Assembly: GCA_905178155.1 (NCBI GenBank) | Contig: CAJINV010000001.1 | Span: forward strand, 14,942,142 to 15,006,141 | Direction of reading: 5' to 3' | DNA length: 64,000 nucleotides | From: Amoebophrya sp. A120 | Lineage: Eukaryota > Protista > Dinoflagellata | Shown: piece after piece, positions 35,739-47,339 of the stretch | How positions within the stretch are numbered: position 1 is the first letter of the stretch | How the letters are laid out: each line of letters opens with the position of its first letter | Notes under the pieces: model-generated | The model's database searches: none | What the model was told of the DNA's origin: nothing | Seen by the model: the letters and a program-made list of their open reading frames with translations, nothing else | Program-made: the position numbers and the translations under genes

Positions 35739-38516
35739 AATGTCGCTGTGCGAAAGTCAGATGATTTTCTCCGAAATTAGAGAAGAAAATTCCCTGCTCA
35801 CACCACAGGTCGCGTGTCCGCAAAGCTTGCTCCTTCAACGACGCTTGGCTCTGCGGCTTTCGGAGGTGTTCTTCAATTGGATTTTTCCCTATCGTCTAGT
35901 GTACGTAGTAAAGTTGAAGTATATTTGCTTCGATAAAGAACAGGGATAATGGTGTTTCTCAAAAAGTTAAAATCGTTGTAGAATTACAAATTGAATCCGC
36001 GAGGCTCGTTGTATCTGCACAAGCGAACCAGCCTCGTGAATTCGAAAATTTGTGAATGTTGAAGTGAATACAAAAAGTTCCGTTTTTTACTCGATATGCT
36101 TGATGTACACACGTCCCGGGTTATCAAGAGTGGCAAAAAAGGAATCACTAAAGTAAAATCTTCTATCTAGATGTACAATTTTTTGAAGAATTTCTGGGAA
36201 GAGGAATTTTTCCAATGTTTTAGTATTTTCGCGGACGTATATTACAGTCAGTAGTATTCTTACCCTTTTTGGTTTCCAAATTTCAAACAAGATGAGTGTG
36301 GACAGTTTCAGTTACAACAGTATCGAAGTAAAATAAACGAGAACTGCGCCCAAGGAGGTTTCCCGGTGCTGGGAAAAATCGGACCTTGTTGCAGGACTCG
36401 CTCAAATGGCAGCTAGTGGCAACTCGAATGAAGTTGATGAGCTCTACTAAAAATAATCTCTTCGGTATGCTTCTTATTGATCACCACGAGACCCTTCGCC
36501 TCGGAATTTTTGTGGATTGTCAAAGTAGTCGGTCTATACTAAAATTATGCAGGCTGCGTAACTCTACAACCCGAATTGTTTCACTACAGAACTACTATTC
36601 TACAAAAGTCGCCGAGCCCGCAAAGAAAGATGCTGGTAGTCGCGTATCCTTTCGCAAGCAAACTCGAACCGACTGGCCTTGGAATTTGCGTTTCGTTGGT
36701 TTCTACACCGGCGCTTTCCTTCGGTGGTCTTCCGATTTTTGTGTATCAATAATGTGCTTAATACCCGTGACAGATTAAGAGAGGCAGAGCGGTGTCCTAC
36801 GGTTTTGGAAGTTGGAAAAAAGATTCGGTTTCCGGATAGAAGATTATTTTTTCACACTAACTTTACTAAACCTTATTAGAGAATCGATGGACTCTCTCGA
36901 AGCGGAATTTCTTTTCACAACAACGCTGTTGAGTGTTGATATGTGCTGTGTTCAAACAAATGCGCAGAAAAAAAGATGCTGTGTCGCCGCTCGTCTCTTC
37001 GCTTTGCTGTGACGCAATAGTACAACGAGCTTGGATGTGTACAGACTACTTCTCGCTTTGCCTTAGTAATTGCTGCGCTGTTGAGATCCTCGCGTTCTAG
37101 TGCGGTCTTGGTGGAAAAAACCGTCGAGAGCTAGAGCCGCGCCGCTTCGTCTTTGATGTTCTACGCAGAACGACTAGGAGAAGATTCTTGAACCTTTTTT
37201 GTTTACGCGGGTTGGTTGCTGGATACACAGCACCAGAGAACGACCTATACTTCGTCGCGAATCACACTAAAAGCTGTGTCTGTGGGTAGAAAAGGTATGG
37301 GGGGGATGCATATGCAATTAAGTGAACTTACTAGATCTTGCACGCAACACTTCGATACAAGATCCGGCTTCAAGCTTCAAAGAACTGCTACCAGAGCGTT
37401 CCAAAAGTTTCACTATCAGATAGGTTCTGCACAAACTATCTTTCTTGTGTGTGTGGGATAATGAAAACCGAAACAGGGATGTAGTCCGGCTGAGAAACAA
37501 ATTAGGAGGATCGGAATTATGTCAACTACTAGTTTCAAGCTGGGTCTTTATCTTGAAACAAAAGCGGATCGCGATTGAAGCAGTAAACTTTTATTGGTAC
37601 ACAAACTAAGCTGTTTTTTGATAGCTCGCTAGACACGTTTGCGTGAAGGAACAGTCAGGAAAGCTGGCACACGGAATACTTCCTTCCGGCTCTATGGATA
37701 GAAAAATCTCTTTGCAACGTAGTTCTACACTTACCTTAATAGTCCGGCTCTCGGGCTCGGGACCTGTTTTGCTCTACAAATAATATAATATGCAAATGTG
37801 GGAAAGGGGGTCTCACACGGGGCTTGAGTCCTGTATTCGGCATCGCAGAAGAAAACGGAAATTATCGAGGAATGTTTTTGTTATTTTGATGCAAAAAAAA
37901 TGATAAAGAAAAAATGCCGAAGCAATTTGCTTTAGCGACGATTGTTCGCATGCAGTTTTGTTGCGACAATTACGAAACTCCGACTCGCACAACTTCTGCT
38001 TGTTTGGCAATATCACGTCGGTAGCGAAAACTCTCTCATTCTGCTTGCCCGAAGTTTTTCGAAAAGGACCGAGTTCGAATTCAGCAAAAAGCAAATCAGA
38101 CCGATCAGATGTTGCCAACGAGAAAAACCGAGTCATATATAAATTCATCTGGGCCACGGTTCCGGTTGGCTACTCCTTTGACGAGTTTTTCAACACAGAA
38201 CTAGCTCGTGCGTCTTTCGATTTTGGCCGACAGGAAAGCCACGGTCGGTCCAAACAGGAACACGGTAAGAAAGCGCAACTGCAAATCAGTCGCCTAGCTC
38301 ATTCGTCCTGTTTTATCTCAGCTTTGCACCATCTTGGCTGCAAAACAACAAAACTTACACAAAGCAAGGAGTACATTCTTCCAGGTCAACATAAACGCAG
38401 CCCTAGCTTCACACGGCTGATACAAAACTCCCAGTTGTTCGTACAAGTAAGTCTTGCGGCGGGCGGAAAATTCATAGTCGACGCAGCAGTGAGTGGGAAC
38501 GGCGACATTGTTTCAT

Positions 38517-40148
38517 TCACTGCGCCGCTGCTGCTGCGCTCTTCAGCTCGAGCGCTCGTCGCTGCTGCGCACGGTCTTTCTCGACCATGCGAGTCAGAAA
38601 TAGTTCGCCGGCTCGGTAACTGCTTCGCACCATAGGGCCGCTGGCTACCATGTCAAATCCTATCTCCCGCGCCATCTGATCATAGGCTTCAAAAACCTCG
38701 GGCTCGATGAACCTGATGTATGAAGATACGGAAAAAGGTCGCGATAAAGTCATTGTTTTTACACTTCGATCATAGGAATTCGCACTCGCAATGCGGTGCT
38801 GTCGGGTGCATTCGGCTAGCAAGAAACAAGACATGCGAATTTCAATTCAGCAAAAACTTGCTTCCAAGCGGCATCTGACAACAGTGTCCCATCAATTTCA
38901 TATGTTGTTCGATAAAACAAAATACCTATCCACGCGCATGTGCTTTTTCGTGGGCTGCAGGTACTGTCCCAGGGTTACTGCCCGCACGCCGACGCTGTGC
39001 AGGTCGCGCATGGTCCGGTAGATTTCTTCGTCTGTCTCCCCCAAGCCGACGATGATGGAGGACTTCGTGATGATCCCGTTTTTGCCCTGCTGGATTCGCT
39101 TTTCGTTCTGCTTGTTCACGTGCTCCAGCACCGACATGCTCTGTTTGTAGTTCGCCCGGCGGTCCCGGACCGTGCTGTTAAGTCGTTCTACCGTCTCGAT
39201 GTTGTGCGCGAACACGTCCATGTTCCCCTCGAGGGTGATGTCCACCAGTTTCAAATCGCCCCGAAAGTCTCCCAGCAGGGTTTCCACCAGCACCTCCCCT
39301 GTGGCCGTGCTGTGGCCGTCTTCCATCAGGCTGTTGGTCACCGGTCGCCGGATTTTCTTCACATTTTCGACCACCTTCTTGATGTGCACCGCTCCGAAGT
39401 CCATCAAATCGTCCCGGTCCACGCATGTGATCACCACGTACTTCAGCTGGTCCCACTGCGCGATCGCATTCGCGACCCGGGTGGGCTCGTCGAACAGTTT
39501 GGTGCCCTCCTCGATGCCCTCCGGCCTCCGCGCCGTCTTCACACTGCAGAACCGGCAGGCGCGCGTGCAGGTGTCCCCGAGGATCATCACTGTTGCGGTG
39601 CCCTCGCCCCAGCACTCGTTCAGGTTCGGGCACTTGGCCTCGACGCAGACCGTCGCGAGCCCGAGGCCCTTCAGCGTTTCCTTGGTGTCCTTCCAGTTCT
39701 CCCGGGCTTCGGGTGTGCGGTTAATGTTTTGCATCCGAAACCAATTCGGGAGTTTCGGTCGCGGCTTCCCGCGCGTGGGAAGTATCACATCCTCTTCTTG
39801 TTCTCCTTCTATCGAGCTTGACGCCGTGGCTCCTGCTGCACAGCCGGAAGACGGCAGTGGCTCGGAGACGGGCGGCAAATCAGGCGCCACTGGTGGAAGG
39901 TTTGGGGGCGCGACGCTTGAGGAGGAAGACTGCGCCGGTGCAGCGGCTCCCGACTCGGAAAATCTAGTGGGCTTCGATGTGGAAGATGTCCATCTTCGGG
40001 GTTGGTATAATTGGTTTGCAGGACTGCAAGCGGGTGAAGATGCGAACCACCCGGGTCGCGAGGAGGACGAGGTGCTGGGGTGGGAAACATTTTTCCGGTA
40101 CGCCGACCGCACGGCGGCCGAGTTTCGGAACCGAAGTGCTTGCATCAT
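38517..40148 (-). CDS. LIAS: Lipoyl synthase (radical SAM), organelle-targeted, 2 exons
   Basis: [12 protein letters not shown] auxiliary-cluster motif, [25 protein letters not shown] and RSSY; GT-AG intron 38713-38925; long S/R/P-rich N-terminal extension. Confidence 0.96.
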
Positions 40149-41280
40149 CGTGGTTGTTCGCCAGCGAACAGTGATATTGTTCCAATTGTTGTGCTGATGA
40201 AACTACACAACTAGGCTGGTGGGGAGAAGAAAGTAGTGAAAAACAAGGTATTTTATTCAGGTTATATTTTGTGTCGTAAGTGTGCAATCGAACCGGAAAA
40301 GATCGCACTCCCGTCGAAGAGCTGCTTCTCCTGCTCCTCTCGCAATTGAAACTAGGAAAAAAAGGGTATCGATAGGTAGTACACAGGGGGGGACGTACTT
40401 ACACTGGATGGTAGGTGATAAGGAAAGTTGATTGAATCCAGAAAAAACCGCCCGTAATCTTGACAGAGACAGAAGCCAACTCAAAATACTCTAAAGTTCT
40501 AGGCTCTCGTCGTGAGCTAGTACCGACTTGGAAATTTCGAAAGGTGGACGAGTAGGTTTTTTTGTTGGTGTACGATGCAGTTTCTTGCTCAAGAAAATGC
40601 TACCGACTTTTCTGTTGTGCAGCAGATTTTTCGTACTTACGTAGACACACTTGAATCAAAACATGAGATCATGCTAGACCGAAAGAAGTACAGACTGATA
40701 AAGGCTTTTGTGAACGACTTTTGTTGACCAGAGTTGAGTACTCAAATCGATTTACGAACGGCCTCGATTGCTCTACTGTGCCTTCAGCCTGAGCGCAGCT
40801 TGGAGCAAAGCGTCGAATAAATGCTTCCATTGATTTTTCCGGTCGCGGAACTTTGTTTTGTGCATTTTGTTGTCGTGTTTCTTTCACAAATTTTCCGGGT
40901 TTTTTTGTTGGGGATGGGGGAGCTATCTGTACGATGGAAAGGGAGGCCGCAAGTTTTGCGCAAGTTCTTTGAGGCTGTCACTATCCCAACCGGAATCCGT
41001 AAAGAAACATGACACCAAATGAGCCACTCGCTGCTTGTTTCGCGGCCTTACCTACATATCAGATTGGTGCATCCACGACGGCTCTACGAAAAATGCAGCG
41101 ATTGTTCTTACGACTCTAAATTGTTGATACAGTGTGGTCTAGTTCGTTTTGTTGAAATTGGTCTATCACAACTTGTTTCAAATTTCCTCGTTTATAGCAG
41201 CTCCAACGTCGCTAGATGTAGTATGTAAAATCTTTAGATTTGGTCACGCGTGTGACAGCTCTGGTAATTAGTGAAACAAC

Positions 41281-42355
41281 TTATCCTCGGCGCAGACCGA
41301 GCAAAAAAGTGCCCGCAAAGGCTCCCGTAGCGGTATTCTTAGCGGCGGCACCTATGGTAGTAAAAGCAGACGCTAGTGTCTTTGTACTGAGAATTTCCGG
41401 CAAGAACACTTGGAATTCAAGTATAGGTATGGGCTGCTCAATCATGCTGCAGTCGCTGTGTCTACATACATACGCAAAAAAAAGATTAATCAATACCTTC
41501 GAGCTCGTCATTTGCAAGAACATCTAACACCTTCTGAAGCCAGACGCCAGCATCCTTCTCGTCGAGCTTTCCGTCGCCGTTTGTGTCCAGGGCCTTCATC
41601 ACGTCATTTTCTACCTGAAAGAATTTTGTGCGTAGTTGCAACATGCGTGGACCCAAGAATCCTCGGAGGTAACGCTAATCATACATGAACACGCGAAGGA
41701 AGCGCCACAAAATGGCTCACGCATTGTCTACCTTTTTCCAGTTAATTGTGACGTAGCCGTAGCTCGCGGCGACCTGGAATAGACAGTAAAGGGAGCCCAC
41801 ACCGACCGCAACCGCTTTTCCGATTTTTTTGCACGCGTAGCCTGCCGCGAGTCCTGATGCGCCACCGAAGGTGAGACCTGTGATTCTATGTTTCGTGTAC
41901 AAGAAACGGAAAAAGATACTGGAGTGCTCTTTCGCTTGTAGACTGCTGTACACGATCAAGCAAAATAATGGCGATAGTGAAACTTCATCTGTACTAGCGC
42001 AGCACAATTTCTTCTACCTCCCGTCAGTGGCTTCATGGTGTCTGGCGTAATCCAATCTGGTTTTCCGATCATGTCCTGAATTTTCGCAAGATCGAAGCTG
42101 GACTTGTCCTCGCAAAATACTGTCTGTCTTCTTCTGATGTAGCTCGACTGCGACGCTGTGTACCTGCGATTTGGAAGTCGTTTGCTAACGAAATTCAACA
42201 TAGCAAGGATGGGGAGCAAAGGACAATGCAAAGGCATACTCAATGCGCGAGCGTGACGTTGACAAAATCCTTACTATCGATACTTACCCAGCGAAACCGC
42301 ATCCGGCCGCCAATCCCACCCGGCTTGGCGTGGCAAATCTCGTAAGGAAGGACAT
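41281..42355 (-). CDS. FUN14-family mitochondrial outer membrane protein with EF-hand-like loop, 5 exons
   Basis: GGASGLAAGYACKKIGKAVAVGVG...GYVTINWKKVE, DTNGDGKLDEKD, GAFAGTFLLG. Introns 42164-42287, 41878-42017, 41615-41731 and 41352-41496 (the last acceptor is less certain). Confidence 0.88.
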
Positions 42356-43090
42356 TCTTGTAGGGTCACTTAGAAAAGGGAGGACGAAACAAAGTCTCGA
42401 CGAAAGGCTTTAGAAGACGGCGCAGATTCACACCGGAATGGAAAGGAAGCAAGGTAGACCTCGTTCAAAACGAGGGGTAATCAAACAACTAGAAGTTTTT
42501 TTTGAGTAGAAGAAAATTCCTCGAATGAAGATCGGCGTGGAGATCTTCTTCTCCGCCCTCGTGGGCCCTCATCAGTTTGCACCTACTCACAGGTTCCAGT
42601 TTCCCGTCCGCTCCTATGGCTATGCCCTCACAGCTCGAACACTATACCATAAAATGAGCTACCCCAGATGCAGCGGCACTATAGGTGGCTTCTGTAGTAC
42701 CTCTTAGGTTTTTTCGTACGTACATTCACTGTGCTTGTTCTGGATAAAAAAGGTTTGGAAAAAAATGGCTCTTGTACTTTTAGATGAGTGTGAAACGACG
42801 CATTCTTCGAATGCGATTTTTTTTTTTTTGGCATTGGCTTCGGGTTCGGCCCCTAGTTGTCCGACTACTGCTGCACTATGCCGCCGCAGGCGGATACGAG
42901 ACGTCGTGCGAACCTCCCCCAAACAAATTCCTCCCGCCGCCGATTCCTGGGGTTGCTAGGCTTCCGTAGTTCATAGGTTGCGTCTCCGTGTTGCCTTCCG
43001 AAATAGCTGCGACGGCTGCAAGCGAAGGAGGTTTTTTGTATTTTTTTTTCAACTACCTTTGATTTTGAAGCTCACAATAAATACGCCGGC

Positions 43091-43908
43091 TCAGAGATTA
43101 CTTGGCGTCAGAGTACAACACATGGCTGCATCTTCGTATGCATCATGTAAAGCAATGTTTCTATTCCTACCATCTCCGAGCAGATTCTTCCCGGGCTTCC
43201 CCGCGGCGAGCAGTTCCGGAAAGCCGGTCCCCGCACCTCCCTGCCGAATGTCCTCACACTGGCTCCAGATCACGTGAATGCAGTAGAGCTGGAAAATGAA
43301 CAGTGTGAAGGAAAAAAGAATCACGAAGCTCCGCGTCACCCCGCACGCGAAGGCTGCACCCTGCTGCTTCACCGATTCCGGCATCATGCTGCAGGCGTCG
43401 TTGATGAAGAGATAGTAGATGACGTACCCAAAATCCATCAGAAACGAGAGGGTCACATAGTACAGGTAGAGTCGCAGGTGCGGCTCCTGGCGGTAATACA
43501 CACCATACAGTGCGGCGCAAATGAAGGGAAGCCCGAAAAGGCAGTACCTGGAAAGAAAAATGGAATGGTGATGATCTTGCCGTATGCCAAACAATTTGGA
43601 GAAATCATTAATCATAGCATGAAGCGACACGAGCTGGATATATATCCTCTTTATGCTTTTGGTTCTGTGCAAACATGATGATACGCTGCGTTGAAGACTT
43701 GATGCCCGATGTCGTCGCCGAACCCGACAGTGGGGATTTTTAGAATGATTGAAGAGACCGCAGCGGCAATGTAAAAGACGTTCATCAGCAAGTTTCCAAA
43801 CAGAATCAGCTTGGCTCCGGTGGAAAGCTGGCAGCCGCAGCAGAACTGCGTCATGGGCCGACATGAGCAGCACCAGGCCAGCAGCCCGCCCTTCCGTGCG
43901 GGCGGCAT
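43091..43908 (-). CDS. Four-TM membrane protein with Cys-rich N-terminus, 2 exons
   Basis: FCCGCQLSTG followed by four hydrophobic segments; GT-AG intron 43548-43684 joins VFNAA|YCLFG in frame. Confidence 0.8.
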
Positions 43909-44566
43909 GATGGTGCTCGCTGCTTCTGAAAGGTCAAGCTTTTAGCGCAGCGAAAATTGTGACGAGTGTGTGTGTGGCTGAAGAACAAGAAACTGTAGGC
44001 AAATTGTACTCCGTTTTAGATCTCTTGTGGAGGAGCGAGGTGCCACGGTGTTGCTTCATGCGTAAAGAAGCAAGCGTTTGTTACGGTGTGATCTCAGAGT
44101 ACACTCTTCTCGTCTTCGGATGAGTTTCTCAATATCACTCACTTACCCGTATATCTGGCCCGGTATTTGAACACAACAGAACACGGCACCATTTAGACCC
44201 GGTAAAGCCGCGGTCAAAGAAACGAGCTGCAAGCTGTGAGTGAGAGTACGTCTGCGTCTGCGTGCAGCTAGTGTGACAAAAGAGACAAGGTTCAAATGCG
44301 GCAGAAATTCCAGAGAATCTCAATCTTTATGTTCCAAAGTGCGACTCGATCGCGCGGACTTGTCATTTCTTCAAGACAGGGGTAAAGACATGTACCTACC
44401 TGCACCCGAAGACAATGACGTAAGGAAAGGGAAAGATTATGCTGCGAGTGGGAATGGGGTGAATAAATTCAGTGGGCCTTACTACAAAAACTTGCGAAGC
44501 GTTTATTACATTCGATCCTCACAGACATGTGGTGGATCTTTTCCTGATATGAAAAGCCTCCCCGCT

Positions 44567-46672
44567 TTACGACGTCGTTTTCGCGACTCCGAAGGTACTT
44601 GACTCCAACACGTTCGGCGCGAACGCCTGCCCCGACGCCACTGTGCGGCGCAGTAGTCTTGATAGCGTGTTCAGCTTACTCATTTCGCCGAGCCTCCGCT
44701 CCCGCGCCCAGTTGTTGCTAGTCCGGGCCACTTGCGCAGCCTTTTCAATTTCCGCCTCGTAAAAGGCCATCATGTTTTCCTCCTTCTTGACGTCTTCCAT
44801 TTTGTGCGTGAAAATCCTCTGTGGGCCGAACTTCCAGGGCTGCAGAAACGTTTTTCGGACCTTGTAGCGGTCCCCGAGGATATCTTTGGCTTCGGCCAGT
44901 TGGGTTTTGGACAGCAGCTGCAGGTGCTTCGACGGCTGGTATCCGTGTCCGTGTGGGTCGTCCATGGCCAGGAAGGGCTTTACCGCCCCGCGCATGAACT
45001 TCGCGGTTTTGTTTAGGTCCTTCACCTCCGGAATCTTCTGGTTCTGCAGCCGGTACGTTGTACTGCTATCCTTCGAAAGGAGGACGGCGGTCTGACTCTG
45101 CGGCACCTGTTGAGAGGGGAAGGAGAGAAATAGTAGATGTAGAAGATGGGGCCAAGCTTACAATACACACGAAAAGGCGCGGCGCGCGACCCTGCTACAA
45201 GGTGGCGCAAAGGATGAGGGCGGCGGGCGGCAGCGGACGCGGACGCTCGCTGCCTCCCCCGCGGCGTTTTGGAAATAAAAACGCAGCGGAGGAGGAATCG
45301 AACCCCTGGGCGTCACCGCCCCCCGCGGGTTGAAGCCGCGTCCGAGCACCAGCCCGGCTCACCACTGCCCTGAGCGGATATACAACCTAAGGAAAAGCCT
45401 TCACCCGGGTAGCCAGAATAGCTACTGCTAAAAACGGCATTCGGGCAAAAAAAGCGCACCATATCTTTTTTTGAGGGTATTTATTCGTAAAAAAGAAAAA
45501 AAAACCTACAAGTAGATGTACCTTCTCCCCGCCAATGACGCCTACCGTCTCGTTCGTTTCAAAATGGCCATAGGGGTTCATGGCCACTTGCCTTTCCGGG
45601 TGCGTCCGCTCCGCTAGGTTTATTGGCCCGCCGATCTTATCCTTCGTATCAAGTGTAAAAATGTCTGGGTCTGGAAGGTGTGATGCGCATTTCAGAACAC
45701 AGAAAAATCTCTCATGCATAGGCAGCAAAAGTTGCCCATTTTCTGTCACCAAAGTCAGGGATTTGTCATGCAGATTCGGCATTGCGAACGCTTCTCGAAA
45801 CCTGTGATGCTAGAGCTTCCATGCCAGACCTTCTGTGTCATGCAAAAGCAGCATGATTCTTCCAGACCCAGACATTTTTACATTTGATACTTCGCCGTCT
45901 GCTTCCATTTCCGCCCTGAGGTGCGGTTCGCTTCCTGCTGCGAGACAAAGCTGTCGGTGGGAAAGCCGTGGACGTCGAACGGGAGATCCAGCCCCGGGGT
46001 CGCGCTGGAGGAAGCGGAAGATCCCAGCACCAGGCTCGACGCGCTGCCGCCAGAGGGGGACGGCGTCTGGCGCTTCGTGGGGGTCTCAATTTGCGAGGAT
46101 GCGGTAGGGGAAACGATCGGGGAGGGCGCAGTAGTCGCGGTTTTAGCGGACGTAGGGGAGGGGGCGGCACCTGAGAAAATGTTGGAAAGTAAAAATTAAG
46201 AGCGACTTTTCAACTCATGGGATCATGATCAGCAAAACTCACAAACTATTTTTTCGGAAAAAAGTAAGTACATTCATCCTTGCTGGGTATAGGATGGCAG
46301 TACAAGACAGAAGTGATCAAGAAGTTGGAGTTTTACTACACGCTAATCAATACCTTTTGCTTGGTCCTTGCTGTCGTCCTCGTCCTCGGCTTTGGGCTCG
46401 ACTTTCTTCCCCTTTTTTTCCCAAATATCGTCCGCCCGGGTTAGCACTGCAAACCTCTCGGCCCGCTGTTGCAGGAAGGCTTCCACGTCCCGCTGTCCGC
46501 GTTTCTTAAACTGGTTGGTCTGCTCTTTTAGCCATCGGTCGCTACGCTGGCCGTACATGGAACGGTACTTGCCGCACCGGAATTCCCAGTTCTTGAACTG
46601 CTTTCCAGCCAACATTTGGCCTTCGCGCAGCTGGACCTCCGGCCCGGACTCGACATGTTGTCCGCGACCCAT
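44567..46672 (-). CDS. Hypothetical protein, at least 4 exons; host of tRNA-Sec and an introner
   Basis: ATG at 46672 (MGRGQHV). GT-AG intron 46171-46353, 248-nt non-canonical intron around 45643-45890 and GT-AG intron 45107-45521 give one continuous frame to the stop at 44567. Confidence 0.8.
45277..45281 (-). terminator. Pol III oligo-T terminator of tRNA-Sec
   Basis: TTTTT immediately after the discriminator base on the minus strand. Confidence 0.7.
45282..45368 (-). tRNA. tRNA-Sec: tRNA-Sec (selenocysteine, anticodon UCA)
   Basis: 87-nt 9/4 cloverleaf: acceptor GCAGTGGTG/CTCCGCTGC, 6-bp D stem CCGGGC-TGGT-GCTCGG, anticodon arm CGCGG-CT TCA AC-CCGCG, long variable arm GGGCG-GTGA-CGCCC, 4-bp T stem GGGG-TTCGATT-CCTC, discriminator G. 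Confidence 0.96.
45647..45889. mobile_element. Introner/MITE, TIR family A
   Basis: 243 bp; 31-bp TIR TATCAA(A/G)TGTAAAAATGTCTGGGTCTGGAAG with 1 mismatch; 5-bp duplication cttcg at 45642-45646 and 45890-45894. Removal restores QTAK|DKIGG. Confidence 0.93.
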
Positions 46673-47339
46673 TTTTGTGAGGGTGTGATACAGGAGATGA
46701 GCTGTGTCCGGTAACACTTATGGGGGAGTCAAGACAAAGTGTTGAAAGAGTAAGTGAAAGAAAAATAGTAACGTCAAGAAAAAGAAACAGTCAATGGAAA
46801 GAGTCAAAAATGAGCTGGGGGTCTTGATGAAGATCCTGTGGGGGTGTCTTGAAAGCAACTTACTTGATTACGAATGTTGCGCGCAACGACAGCTTCTGGA
46901 CGGACCGAGGTTAGTACTCCTTCAGATTTGGTGTTTTCTGTACGAGCTATTAGCACTAGAGCACAACGAAAGCAGAATCGAAGAACGATCCACGAACCAG
47001 TGAAAACAGGGACGATGAGGAGAACGAATTGAACGAAAACCAGGGACGACAAGAAGCATGAACGGGTAAGAATGAACAGAACCGACAATTCTCATCGAAT
47101 GCGGTACGAGAGATGAACAAGAGCACCAGAGTCTACCATCTTTTTTTCTTTCCGTGGTTGACGAGTTGTGAAATCAATGTCTTCATTCTCTAGTTGGTGG
47201 TTGCCTCATTCTGCACAAGTTCCAAGTCGGTAGTTTACACAAACATTTTTTACGTATGACAATCGGTTTCATCTGATACACTCTGTAACAACAACTTGAG
47301 CAAAAAAATATTTCTTTAGTCTTTACGTATATCAACTGC

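Noticed and set aside
34725-40197. Long plus-strand ORFs (34725-35780, 38940-39821, 39172-40197) and similar ones elsewhere
   Set aside because: Antisense shadows of GC-rich minus-strand coding exons.
41404-41530. GTGTT direct repeat suggesting a non-canonical intron in the FUN14 gene
   Set aside because: No TIR or TAT/ATA ends; a canonical model (exon continuing KVLDVLANDELE, intron 41352-41496) explains the region.
41703-41720. GAGCCATTTTG on the minus strand, resembling part of the dinoflagellate spliced leader
   Set aside because: Only about 10 nt match, it lies inside an intron and lacks the GCTCAAG end.
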